Assembly: GCA_040879805.1 (NCBI GenBank)
Contig: JBBDJP010000001.1
Location: forward strand, 614-64,613
Source of the DNA: Candidatus Pacearchaeota archaeon
GTDB lineage: Archaea; Nanobdellota; Nanobdellia; Pacearchaeales; GW2011-AR1
Direction: 5' to 3'
DNA: 64,000 nucleotides
In this document: one piece after another, positions 25,394-34,519 of the stretch
Layout of the letters: the number at the start of each line of letters is the position of its first letter
How positions within the stretch are numbered: position 1 is the stretch's first letter
Notes under the pieces: model-generated
What the model saw: only the letters and a program-made list of their open reading frames with translations
Database searches by the model: none
What the model was told of the DNA's origin: nothing
Translations under genes and position numbers: made by a program

Positions 25394-25849
25394 TTAACCT
25401 ATTATGAATAAATACCTAAAGGCTAAAAGCAATATGAAGATTCCAAAAAGATACTCTATAAATTTCTCGGTTTTTCCTCCTGGAACTATAAATCCTTTAG
25501 TTTTTATTTTGAATGGCCAGAATGGATTTGTTCCATAAACAGTAATACTATCAAAAAATAGGTGAAAAGAATATCCTAGGAAGAAGGGTAAAGCAATTAT
25601 GGGATATAAAATGGCTAAAATTGCAGATAAAAATATACACAAAGTGTAACTATGCATAAAATCCTTGTATGATTGAGATTTTAGTGCTTTAAAAATTTTG
25701 TAATCTTTTTTAGGTGCAATTAAAGAATCTATATCCGGAATAAGGCTAGCAATTATAACTACTGGAAAAAATACAAGTTTATTATTCATATATGGAAGAA
25801 AATACATCGCTACAAAAACCCCAATAATAATGTGCGTTCTTTTAAGCAT
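25394..25849 (-). CDS. Membrane-bound metal-dependent hydrolase, YdjM/DUF457-like
   Basis: 'RTHIIIG', 'LIPDIDS', 'HSYTL' and 'GYSFHLFFDSITVYG' follow the His/Asp pattern of the family. The start is taken at 'MLKRTH'; the ORF is open to 25888. Confidence 0.6.
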   Translation of the reverse strand: MLKRTHIIIGVFVAMYFLPYMNNKLVFFPVVIIASLIPDIDSLIAPKKDYKIFKALKSQSYKDFMHSYTLCIFLSAILAILYPIIALPFFLGYSFHLFFDSITVYGTNPFWPFKIKTKGFIVPGGKTEKFIEYLFGIFILLLAFRYLFIIG

Positions 25850-25976
25850 GAAATTATTAAAAAAACAAGTAAATTTAAACTTATCCATTCTTTAGGAAAA
25901 ATTTTTAACTAACTGTTTTCTTTTTCCTTTTAGAATAAAAACATAATTTGATAGACTCTAAATTAAAATTAATAAA

Positions 25977-26049
25977 AGCCCCATAGTACAGCGGTCAAGT
26001 ATGCTTGGTTCTGGGCCAAGTGACCCAGGTTCGAATCCTGGTGGGGCTA
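25977..26049 (+). tRNA. tRNA-Gln (anticodon CUG)
   Basis: Acceptor AGCCCCA/TGGGGCT (A1:U72), anticodon stem CTTGG/CCAAG with loop TT-CTG-GG, T-arm CCAGG-TTCGAAT-CCTGG. Confidence 0.9.
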
Positions 26050-26089
26050 TTTCCAACAAATTTAAATAACCTTGATTCCTATATAAAAT

Positions 26090-26350
26090 ATGGCAGAAGA
26101 AGCCAGAAAAAAGATTGGAGTTGTTTCTAGCTATTTTGGCAAGGCAGATGTAGCTGCAATAAAGCTTTCAGACAATCTAAGTGTTGGAGATAAAATTCAC
26201 ATAAAAGGACACACAACAAATTTTGAGACTCTTGTAAAAAGTATACAAATAGAAAAGGAAGATATTAAGAAAGCAAAAAAGGGTGACCACATAGGGATAA
26301 AAGTTCCTGACAAAGTGAGGCCCAATGACAAAATTTTCTTGATTGAATAA
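26090..26350 (+). CDS. Small beta-barrel protein resembling EF-Tu domain 2
   Basis: 'VGDKIHIKGHTTNFETLVKSIQIEKEDIKKAKKGDHIGIKV' resembles the translation-factor domain-2 barrel pattern. The assignment is tentative. Confidence 0.4.
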   Translation: MAEEARKKIGVVSSYFGKADVAAIKLSDNLSVGDKIHIKGHTTNFETLVKSIQIEKEDIKKAKKGDHIGIKVPDKVRPNDKIFLIE

Positions 26351-26395
26351 TTCTATAGGCAAATTTAAAAACAAATTCATCCCAGATTATTTACT

Positions 26396-26468
26396 GCCCC
26401 TGTAGTTCAGAGGCCAAGAATGCGGCCCTCTCACGGCCGTGACCCGAGTTCGAATCTCGGCAGGGGCG
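26396..26468 (+). tRNA. tRNA-Glu (anticodon CUC)
   Basis: Acceptor GCCCCTG/CAGGGGC, anticodon stem CGGCC/GGCCG with loop CT-CTC-AC, T-arm CCGAG-TTCGAAT-CTCGG. Confidence 0.9.
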
Positions 26469-26491
26469 TATTCAAAACAATGTTTCTACAG

Positions 26492-26505
26492 ATAAATTTA
26501 AAAAT
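26492..26505 (+). promoter_or_regulatory. TATA-box-like element upstream of the L41e micro-ORF
   Basis: 'ATAAATTTAAAAAT' lies about 28 nt upstream of ATG 26526. Confidence 0.35.
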
Positions 26506-26525
26506 GAATTCTTCTGAACTTTAAC

Positions 26526-26642
26526 ATGAAAAGATCATCAAGACGTTGGAAAAAGAAAAGACAAATGAGATGGAAATGGCAAAGAAAACGTCTAAGAAAA
26601 GAAAAGCGTAAGAGAAAGATCAAAAGGGCTAGAAGCAAATAA
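26526..26642 (+). CDS. rpl41e: Ribosomal protein L41e (eL41), 38 aa; absent from the ORF track
   Basis: Manual translation gives MKRSSRRWKKKRQMRWKWQRKRLRKEKRKRKIKRARSK. This carries the RRWKKK..MRWKW..KR.RR signature of archaeal/eukaryotic L41e. Confidence 0.75.
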   Translation: MKRSSRRWKKKRQMRWKWQRKRLRKEKRKRKIKRARSK

Positions 26643-26726
26643 TTTTTTAACCTATTTTTAAGAACAATAACTAATCATCTTTTTAACTCCCACAATGTTT
26701 ATAAGTTTCCATAAAGATAGATTTAT

Positions 26727-27686
26727 ATGATATCAGAAATCTGGACTGAAAAATATAGACCTAAAAATTTCTCCGAATTAGTTGGTCAAGATGAAATAAT
26801 AAAAAAGGTAAAGTCTCTTACAAATTCTTTGAATATTCCCCACTTACTCTTTGCAGGACCTGCAGGAACAGGAAAGTCTACACTTGCACTAATCGTTGTA
26901 AAAGAACTTTTTGGACAAAACTGGAAAGATAATTATCTTGAATTGAACGCAAGCGATGAAAGAGGAATACAAATTGTTAGAGATAAAGTTAAAAACTTTG
27001 CAAGAACAAAATCTCTTGGAGATGTACCTTTTAAAATAATCTTTCTTGACGAAGCAGATGCACTAACTCCTGAAGCCCAACAAGCACTAAGGAGAACCAT
27101 GGAAAACTACTCTGCCACTTGTCGATTCATACTTTCATGTAATTATTCAAGCAAAATAATTGATCCTATACAATCTAGGTGTGCAATCTTCAGGTTTAAA
27201 CTTCTTGAAAATAAAGATATTGAAAAAATTATAAAGAAAATTGAAGAAAATGAAAAACTTGAAATTAATGATGAAGCAATAGAACTGCTCTATGAAGGAA
27301 GTGAGGGCGATTGTAGGAGAGTTATAAACATACTTCAATCAACTGCATCAATCTCTCCAAATATTTCTCCAGAACTCGTTTCAACAGTTATATCTAGTGC
27401 AAAACCAAAAGATATTCGTACAGTTTTGGATTATGCTCTTTCAGGAGACTTTCAAAAATCGCGGGAAAAACTTCTTGATGTAATGTTAAGAGAAGGTATT
27501 TCTGGACAAGATGTTGTAAAAGCTATCCAAAAAGAAATCTGGGAACTTCCTGTAGAACCTGAAATAAAAGTAAAACTTACTGAAAAAACTGGAGAATCAG
27601 AATTTAGAATTGTCGAGGGAAGTGACCCTTTTATACAACTCCAATCACTTTTAGCAAGTTTTGTTCTAGCTGGTTTAGGAAAATAA
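26727..27686 (+). CDS. rfcS: Replication factor C small subunit
   Basis: 'WTEKYRPKNFSELVGQ', Walker A 'GPAGTGKST', 'IIFLDEADALT' and 'SRCAIFRF' (SRC motif). Confidence 0.95.
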   Translation: MISEIWTEKYRPKNFSELVGQDEIIKKVKSLTNSLNIPHLLFAGPAGTGKSTLALIVVKELFGQNWKDNYLELNASDERGIQIVRDKVKNFARTKSLGDVPFKIIFLDEADALTPEAQQALRRTMENYSATCRFILSCNYSSKIIDPIQSRCAIFRFKLLENKDIEKIIKKIEENEKLEINDEAIELLYEGSEGDCRRVINILQSTASISPNISPELVSTVISSAKPKDIRTVLDYALSGDFQKSREKLLDVMLREGISGQDVVKAIQKEIWELPVEPEIKVKLTEKTGESEFRIVEGSDPFIQLQSLLASFVLAGLGK

Positions 27687-27873
27687 AATGGTAATCTCTA
27701 ATGAAAAAAACGTGAGAAACTATTTAGAAAATTTGTTAGCAAAAATAGACGTGTTTGGGAAGATATAGAAATTAGAAACAAACTTAGTGAAGAATTTCAA
27801 GAGGTTATAAACTTCTATAAAGATGAATATAATATACTAGAAGAATATAAGGAAAAAGGAAATCAAATCTTAA

Positions 27874-29079
27874 ATGAATACAAAAACAACAAACTGGGTA
27901 GAAAAGTATAGGCCAAAATATTTTGGAGATGTTAGAGGCCAGGATCTAGCAGTTGAAAAACTAAGAGAGTTTGTTAAAAATTTTAAAAGAAAAGGTAGAG
28001 GTAAAAAAGCTATTATTTTACATGGTCCTCCTGGAACTGGAAAAACAACTCTTGCCTATGTTTCTGCGAATGAATCTGATGCCGAAATTTTTGAGTTGAA
28101 CGCATCAGATCTAAGAAATAAACAAAACCTTAAAGAAATTTTGAAACCTGCAATTGAACAGCAATCACTTACAAAAAAGAGAAAAATAATTCTTGTTGAT
28201 GAGGTTGATGGAATCTCTGGAGTTGATAGGGGAGGTGTTTCTGAACTAAAAAGACTAATAGACTCAACATCTTATCCAATAATAATAACTGCAAATGATA
28301 TATGGGATAAAAAATTCACCCCCATAAGAAAAAAATCTGAAGTGATAAAATTAAAAGAAATTGACTATAAAACAATAAAAAGCGTTATGATTAATACCTT
28401 GAAAAAGGAGAATAAGTTCCTTGATGGAGATCTCCTTACCAATCTTGCTATAAAATCTAAGGGAGATTTAAGAGCGGCAATTAACGATCTACAAATAGCA
28501 GCAGATTTAGAAGAACCTGAAAAGATTCTGTTTGATGAAAGAAATAAAGAGACAGATATATTTAACGCATTACGAATGATTTTCAAAGGCAAACCAAACA
28601 AAGCCATATTGAGAATTTTTGATTCTGTTAATAAACCTCTTGATGAAATAATCCTCTGGATTGAAGAAAATATTCCTTCAGAATATCAAGGAGAAGAGTT
28701 GGCAAAAGCGTATGAATTATTAAGTAAAGTAGACATATTCAAAAGGAGAATTTACAAACAACAATATTGGAGGTTTCTTGTTTACGAAAATGCTCTTCTT
28801 AGTTATGGAATTTCAAGCTCGAAAAAAACTGAGAAATATGGGTTTACTAGCTATAAAAAACCTTCAAGAATTTTAAAAATGTGGATAAACAATCAAAAAA
28901 TAAGGCATAAGAAATCCATTGTTAAAAAATACTCAAAATTTGTTCATGTTGGTGAAAAAAGGGCTCTTAAGGAATTTCCAATGATAAAAAAATTCTTGAT
29001 TAAACCTGAAGTTCAAAAAGAATTAAGACTCTCCGAAGATGAAGTTGGCTATCTTAAAAAGGTGTTGTCTAAAAATTAA
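27874..29079 (+). CDS. rfcL: Replication factor C large subunit
   Basis: 'WVEKYRPKYFGDVRGQ', 'GPPGTGKTT', 'ILVDEVDGISG', with a longer C-terminal helical domain. Confidence 0.9.
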   Translation: MNTKTTNWVEKYRPKYFGDVRGQDLAVEKLREFVKNFKRKGRGKKAIILHGPPGTGKTTLAYVSANESDAEIFELNASDLRNKQNLKEILKPAIEQQSLTKKRKIILVDEVDGISGVDRGGVSELKRLIDSTSYPIIITANDIWDKKFTPIRKKSEVIKLKEIDYKTIKSVMINTLKKENKFLDGDLLTNLAIKSKGDLRAAINDLQIAADLEEPEKILFDERNKETDIFNALRMIFKGKPNKAILRIFDSVNKPLDEIILWIEENIPSEYQGEELAKAYELLSKVDIFKRRIYKQQYWRFLVYENALLSYGISSSKKTEKYGFTSYKKPSRILKMWINNQKIRHKKSIVKKYSKFVHVGEKRALKEFPMIKKFLIKPEVQKELRLSEDEVGYLKKVLSKN

Positions 29080-30623
29080 GAAATTCTTTTGTAAGCGTCT
29101 ATAATTTTCCTTGGAATTGAAGGAAAATTATTTTCAAATTTAGAATTTATCTCTTTCAAGAAAGTAAATCCTTCCATTCTTGATTTAATATTTGAATCTA
29201 CTAACTCAATATTTTCTCCATCAACATTTACTCTTACAGGACCTAAATTTTTTGCTAGCCAACGAGTTGCCTGAAAATCTTCAGAAATTCTATCCCCATT
29301 ACGATCTAAATTCATCGAAAAATTCTCCTGAACTTTTAAACAATCTCCAAAGGGTCTACCACTTCTAAGAAGAACATTCTCTGTATCAACATAATTATAA
29401 TTTTCTACCACCTTTCCAGTTATATCTGATTGATCCTCAAAAACTATTTTTGATTCTGTTCTAAAATTTCTCCCTTTTTTTATTTTATTATCTCCAAATT
29501 CAAGAGCAGGATCAAAAAATACATTTCCTAATTCTGGGAAATTGAATCCATAATAGTTTAATGAGTTTCCTTTAAACCCAAAATACTCTTCAAGACCATT
29601 AATATTCTCAACAACAGCCAAATATTCTCCTTTAACTCTTCTCTTCCCTGTAACCCTTAAAGTTAAATTATGTCTACCATAATTATAAGTCCAGGAATTT
29701 CCTTCATTTATTGGAAATAAATCTCTCACATCCACTTCAGAGTCCTTGTCAGACATTGAGGAGGGAAAAAAGACTAATTTTGGACCATTTAGAAGAGGAG
29801 TATATATTGAATATCTTTGGTGTTTATCAATTAAATCTAGGTCTTTTCTCTCTCTAAATTTATTGATCATGTCAATAGCCTCATCAACAACCTCTAAAAT
29901 TTTTCCATTTGTCTCAAAAACAGAATAAGCTGAAGCAGTTGCAGGATTTGGGAATAAAAGAGTAGCTCCGGCAAAAGCATTTTTCAAGATTGTATTAAGA
30001 TTTTTCAAATTGTCAAAAGATGAATCTCCAAGATAAAGATATCCCGGAAGATCATCAAAATCTTTCAAATCCCAAATTGGGATTGAATCTTTAATTTCAT
30101 CAATAAAAAGATTAAAGTCAGATTGTTTGGCTTTTTGAAAATTCCATGAAAAATATCCTGTATTAGTATTCATTCTTAAATCAGCATTTTCCAACCTCTT
30201 AACAAGAGAAAATCTTGAGCTATTATCAGGAATAGAAATTAGTTTTGGCATATATCTCCCTTGAGGATCTGAAGCAAGCAAAAATCCCTTATTTCCATAA
30301 CGATATTCTCTAAAGAAATTGATATCTAAACCTGGCGCCTCTCCTCCTGAAAAACCTTCTGTGAAAAATTTTACGAAAATTTCATCATCATACATATCAT
30401 GAAAACTAACAAATCCAGAATCATTAGTTACATCCTTTGCAGCAGAATAATCTGGCTTATTATATGCATTATCTACAAGTATCTCAAGACTTTCCCAAGG
30501 ATCCTTATCTTCTGAACCACCAATCAAACCCCCATTCTTCCCACAACCATACATTAAAGGAGTTCCTAATGCAACACCTCCTGTAGCCAATGCAGTTTTT
30601 CTTAGGAAACTCTTCCTATCCAT
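29076..30623 (-). CDS. Predicted secreted lipoprotein with a Tat-like/lipobox signal (hypothetical)
   Basis: The N-terminus 'MDRKSFLRKTALATGGVALGTPLMYGCGKNGG' has an R-K-x-F-L-x-K motif, a hydrophobic region and a Cys. No catalytic motif recognised. Confidence 0.55.
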   Translation of the reverse strand: MDRKSFLRKTALATGGVALGTPLMYGCGKNGGLIGGSEDKDPWESLEILVDNAYNKPDYSAAKDVTNDSGFVSFHDMYDDEIFVKFFTEGFSGGEAPGLDINFFREYRYGNKGFLLASDPQGRYMPKLISIPDNSSRFSLVKRLENADLRMNTNTGYFSWNFQKAKQSDFNLFIDEIKDSIPIWDLKDFDDLPGYLYLGDSSFDNLKNLNTILKNAFAGATLLFPNPATASAYSVFETNGKILEVVDEAIDMINKFRERKDLDLIDKHQRYSIYTPLLNGPKLVFFPSSMSDKDSEVDVRDLFPINEGNSWTYNYGRHNLTLRVTGKRRVKGEYLAVVENINGLEEYFGFKGNSLNYYGFNFPELGNVFFDPALEFGDNKIKKGRNFRTESKIVFEDQSDITGKVVENYNYVDTENVLLRSGRPFGDCLKVQENFSMNLDRNGDRISEDFQATRWLAKNLGPVRVNVDGENIELVDSNIKSRMEGFTFLKEINSKFENNFPSIPRKIIDAYKRIS

Positions 30624-30673
30624 AAAAATTGAATGGAAAAATATATTTTAAACTTTGTTATTTAAAAAATGAA

Positions 30674-31021
30674 TTAATAGTCTGGCATTCTCCCTGAAAC
30701 GCCAAAATCTCCAGTAAAATAATTTCCTAAAATAATCATAAAATTCTCAAAAATCCCTGACTTTCTTAAAAAATAATGATTATCTTCATCTTTAGAGAAA
30801 ACATATAATGAACCATCTAACTCTTGAAAAGAATATTTTCTTTTAGCCATTAATTCTGCCTGTTCTTTCATAATTTTTGCAGTTTTAGAATTTGGATCAA
30901 CTTCACTCTCCTGCAAAATTTCAGTTAAAGGTTTTTTTATTCCATTTTGTTCTAAGGGAAAACTATTTTTTATTCTTTCACGCACAATCTCTTCTTCTGT
31001 CAAACCATTATATATTTCCAT
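30674..31021 (-). CDS. Hypothetical protein (115 aa)
   Basis: ORF with its own TATA-like box (31041..31056). No family recognised. Confidence 0.4.
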   Translation of the reverse strand: MEIYNGLTEEEIVRERIKNSFPLEQNGIKKPLTEILQESEVDPNSKTAKIMKEQAELMAKRKYSFQELDGSLYVFSKDEDNHYFLRKSGIFENFMIILGNYFTGDFGVSGRMPDY

Positions 31022-31107
31022 AATAAAAAGACTTGTAAATAATTTTTAAATATTTATATTATAAATCAAACATAAACAATTAAAAATATACTTAACTAAT
31101 TCTATTT

Positions 31108-32418
31108 ATGGCTTATGAGATAACTATTGGAAGGGATGCTGCAGATAAAAAATCTTTTTCAGATAAGGGACTTGTATTTATTGGAAAAAGTTATGTTAAA
31201 ATGGGTCAGTACACTTCTCTAAGCAATAAGCTTTTTATGGATGTAGCAAGAAGCCATGTTGTATTAGTTGCAGGAAAACGTGGAAGTGGAAAATCATATA
31301 CTCTTGGAGTCATTGCAGAAGAACTTGCAAACCTTCCAAAAGAAGTTAGCCAAAATATTGGTTCCTTAATTTTTGATACCATGGGAATTTATTGGACAAT
31401 GAAATATCAAAACGAAAAGGACAAAGAACTCTTAGAAGAATGGGACCTTAAACCAAAAAATCTCCCTGTTAAGATTTTTGTACCCTTCGGCCATTATGAT
31501 AAATATGTTGAAAAAGGCATACCTGTTGATGAATCTTTTGCTCTTGACGTTTCAGAATTAGGTCCTGAAGACTGGATACTGACATTTGGACTAGATATAA
31601 TAAACCCTGTTTCAGTCCTTATTCAAAGAATTCTTACAAAACTTAGGGAAAAAGGAAAATATGATGTTGATGAAATAATTGAAAATATTGAAAAAGAAAA
31701 AAGGGCCTCTCCAGAAAATCGAGATGCAGCTATAGGTCTTTTTGAAGCTGCTAACACTTGGGGAATCTTTGCAAAAAAAGATGATGAAGCAACTAAGATT
31801 CGTGATTTGATTTCTGGAGGTACTACAACAATACTTGACTTAAGTGTCTATAACGCTGTTGGGGCATTCAATATAAGGGCATTGGCAATAAGTCTCCTTT
31901 CAAGAAAAATTTTCAATCAAAGAATGGATGCTAGAAAAAGGGAAGAAGTAGAATCTATATCTAAAGGACTTAATTTAATTTCTGGAGTTGAAAAAAAAGA
32001 TTACCCTTTAACCTGGATTTTTATTGATGAAGCTCATGAGTTTCTCCCCTTAGATGGAAAAACCGTTGCTACAGACGCGCTCATACAACTTTTACGTGAA
32101 GGAAGACAACCTGGAATTTCTCTTGTTCTCGCAACCCAACAGCCCGGACAAATCCATAGAGATGTGATGACTCAATCAGATATTGTAATAAGTCACAGAG
32201 TTACTTCTCGCCCGGATTTAGAGGCACTAAATTATATAATGCAATCTTATGTTCTTGAAAGTATAAAAAAGCACATGAATGATCTTCCTTCTTTTAAAGG
32301 TTCAACAATAATTCTTGATGACAACTCAGAGAGAATTTATCCTGCCAGAATCCGGCCCAGATTTACTTGGCACGGAGGGGAAGCTCCAACTGCAATCAAA
32401 AAAGAAAAAAGGCTTTAA
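31108..32418 (+). CDS. HerA/FtsK-like P-loop ATPase (DUF87-type)
   Basis: Walker A 'VAGKRGSGKSYT', Walker B 'WIFIDEAHEFLP' and 'LREGRQPGISLVLATQQP', typical of HerA-like ATPases. Confidence 0.7.
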   Translation: MAYEITIGRDAADKKSFSDKGLVFIGKSYVKMGQYTSLSNKLFMDVARSHVVLVAGKRGSGKSYTLGVIAEELANLPKEVSQNIGSLIFDTMGIYWTMKYQNEKDKELLEEWDLKPKNLPVKIFVPFGHYDKYVEKGIPVDESFALDVSELGPEDWILTFGLDIINPVSVLIQRILTKLREKGKYDVDEIIENIEKEKRASPENRDAAIGLFEAANTWGIFAKKDDEATKIRDLISGGTTTILDLSVYNAVGAFNIRALAISLLSRKIFNQRMDARKREEVESISKGLNLISGVEKKDYPLTWIFIDEAHEFLPLDGKTVATDALIQLLREGRQPGISLVLATQQPGQIHRDVMTQSDIVISHRVTSRPDLEALNYIMQSYVLESIKKHMNDLPSFKGSTIILDDNSERIYPARIRPRFTWHGGEAPTAIKKEKRL

Positions 32419-32420
32419 TC

Positions 32421-33230
32421 TTAAACAACTTTAAAATCAACTCTTATTCTAAATTTATATGGAGCAATTTCGCCTGCTTTTTTCACATCTAAAATTTTAA
32501 CTTTCTTCCCTGACTTCTCTGCTTCCATTTTGATTTTTTCTTGAATTTCTTCAATTTTATCTTCATCACAAAAATCATAATAAAATATCTTTGTGCCTTT
32601 TCTTCTTCCTTCTTTTGAGAGTGTGAACGCCTGCCTCAAAAAACTATCCTTTAATTGTGGGCGTGGCATAACTATGACATCAAAAGTCTTATCTTCTTTT
32701 TCTAATTTTTTTGTAACCTTTTTTATGTCTCCCGGTAACAGAAAAACTTTTTCTTGAACTTTATTTCTTTCAATATTCAACGCAGCATACTCATTTGCCT
32801 TACGATTTATCTCATTTGAATAAACTTTTTTTGCTCTCGAATTTTTGGCAATAACTATTGAAAAAGGGGCAACACCTGCAAACATAACCAAAACATTATC
32901 TCCTCTTTTTATTTTCTTAGAAATTTCTTTTCTCTCATTACTCAATCTTGGAGAAAAATAAGTATCATCAACATTAAAACGAAAAATACATCCATTCTCT
33001 TTGTAAAGAACTTCTTTAGTTTTTTCACCTGAAACATGCTTAGTTTCTTGTTTTCTCAACCTACCCTTAAATTTTCCCGTTTTCTCCAAAACAGTTTCTA
33101 CAGGTTTATGTCTTTTCATAAGTCTCTCTGCAAAATCTTTCTTCTTTTTTTTAGGAGTTCTGTCTGGAAACTTCACAACAGCAATATTTCCAATTATATC
33201 AAAACCTCCAGGATATTTTGACTTTATCAT
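32421..33230 (-). CDS. trm5: tRNA (guanine37-N1)-methyltransferase Trm5 / Taw-like (Met-10+ family)
   Basis: 'FDIIGNIAVVKF', 'FRFNVDDTYFSPRLSNER', SAM motif 'VLVMFAGVAPFSI' and 'NEINRKA...PGD...IVMPRP'. Confidence 0.8.
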   Translation of the reverse strand: MIKSKYPGGFDIIGNIAVVKFPDRTPKKKKKDFAERLMKRHKPVETVLEKTGKFKGRLRKQETKHVSGEKTKEVLYKENGCIFRFNVDDTYFSPRLSNERKEISKKIKRGDNVLVMFAGVAPFSIVIAKNSRAKKVYSNEINRKANEYAALNIERNKVQEKVFLLPGDIKKVTKKLEKEDKTFDVIVMPRPQLKDSFLRQAFTLSKEGRRKGTKIFYYDFCDEDKIEEIQEKIKMEAEKSGKKVKILDVKKAGEIAPYKFRIRVDFKVV

Positions 33231-33248
33231 AAAAAACCTAAACTATCA

Positions 33249-33263
33249 ATATTTATAAATATT
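33249..33263 (+). promoter_or_regulatory. TATA-box-like element upstream of 33281 ORF
   Basis: 'ATATTTATAAATATT' lies about 25 nt upstream of the ATG. Confidence 0.4.
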
Positions 33264-33280
33264 AAATTATTAAAAGAAAC

Positions 33281-34003
33281 ATGAAAAGAGGTTTATTAGG
33301 GTTCTCTATCTTCACATTAATGATTGATTTAGTGGGTGCTCAATTTTATTCAGGATATAGTAGACTTTCATTTAGAAACTTTTTTTCTAGTCTTGATCCT
33401 ACCTTTGTTACTTATCTCTTAGTATTTCTTCTTAGTCTCTGGTTATTGGCAATAATTCTTTCAAGAATTCCTATCTTTAAAGGTCCAGATGGAAAAGGAA
33501 CCCAGGCAAAAGTAGGTGCTCTTCTTATTGCTTTGGGAATAACCTATGGAACATACAGGAGCAACTTTGATTTAGGAAATATCTTTTTTAACCTGGGATT
33601 CTCTGCAAATTTTTTCAACTTAATAATTCCTTTTTTGCTCATAATATCTGCAGCATTGCTAATATGGAGATTTAATTTCAGGACATTTTTAATGTCTTTT
33701 GGGGGATTCCTAATAGCCCTTACAATCTTAACTGATGTTATTTACGAAGAAGGTGTTGCACTTATATCTGGAATTATTTTTCTTCTTATAGGATTATTTT
33801 TATTGTGGAGAGCTCGAAAAAAAGAGAATGAATATCCTCAGAGCCCAAGGAACTCCAATAATTACAGTTCAGGAATTTATAATAAAAATATGAGGCGAGG
33901 AGGTCAAAAATCAACAAGAGGTCGGTTCGTATCAGAAGCCTCAGTTGATAGATATGAAAGAAGATTTGGAAAAAGGGCCGCAAGAAGAAGATTTGGGAGA
34001 TGA
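33281..34003 (+). CDS. Multi-pass membrane protein with an Arg-rich cytoplasmic tail (hypothetical)
   Basis: About 6 hydrophobic helices followed by 'RRGGQKSTRGRF...RRFGKRAARRRFGR'. Confidence 0.55.
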   Translation: MKRGLLGFSIFTLMIDLVGAQFYSGYSRLSFRNFFSSLDPTFVTYLLVFLLSLWLLAIILSRIPIFKGPDGKGTQAKVGALLIALGITYGTYRSNFDLGNIFFNLGFSANFFNLIIPFLLIISAALLIWRFNFRTFLMSFGGFLIALTILTDVIYEEGVALISGIIFLLIGLFLLWRARKKENEYPQSPRNSNNYSSGIYNKNMRRGGQKSTRGRFVSEASVDRYERRFGKRAARRRFGR

Positions 34004-34084
34004 AAAAGTTTAGATAATTTTAGTTACTATTTTTTAATTACTACAAATAGAAAGATTTAAAAACTATTGCTCTTTTTTTATAAT

Positions 34085-34519
34085 ATGTTCTTAAAACCAA
34101 AAGAAAAATTACATATCAGGGAAAGAAATGATGAAACTTATTTAGAAATAAAACTACCAATTAAACACACTGATGCTGAAAAATTTAGAGAAAAAACATT
34201 AGATAAATATGATATTTCAAATGCTGGACCCCTTTATAATCATTGCATAAATAACTCTTTCTCAAGATTTAGAAAATCTATAGCAGATAAATTAAATAAT
34301 CAATTCTCATGGTTTCCAGATCCAAATATAAATGAAAATATAAATGAAAAACTCATTGATATTGAAACAAGAAGAATTATTCTCCACACTGAAGAAGGAT
34401 ATATGAATGCTAAATGTAAGGAAGACAAAAAAGGGACCCCTAGGATTAATATTAAATCTCAAGGTAAGCCAGATTTTGTCGAAACTTTCTATCAGTTCTT
34501 AAGAAAAACTCAAAAATAA
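34085..34519 (+). CDS. Hypothetical protein
   Basis: The track ORF begins at a TTG (34067); the first ATG is at 34085. It overlaps the 3' end of the convergent fen gene by 10 nt. Confidence 0.4.
   Translation: MFLKPKEKLHIRERNDETYLEIKLPIKHTDAEKFREKTLDKYDISNAGPLYNHCINNSFSRFRKSIADKLNNQFSWFPDPNINENINEKLIDIETRRIILHTEEGYMNAKCKEDKKGTPRINIKSQGKPDFVETFYQFLRKTQK

Noticed and set aside
27687-27873. The 187-nt spacer between rfcS and rfcL contains a roughly 65-codon open stretch in the rfcS frame ('...RRVWEDIEIRNKLSEEFQEVINFYKDEYNILEEYKEKGNQ...'). I considered readthrough, a decayed domain or a small gene.
   Set aside because: It is separated from rfcS by three in-frame stops (27684, 27699, 27702). It has no ATG, GTG or TTG start and runs into the rfcL start. 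The evidence is insufficient for a gene or a recoding event.
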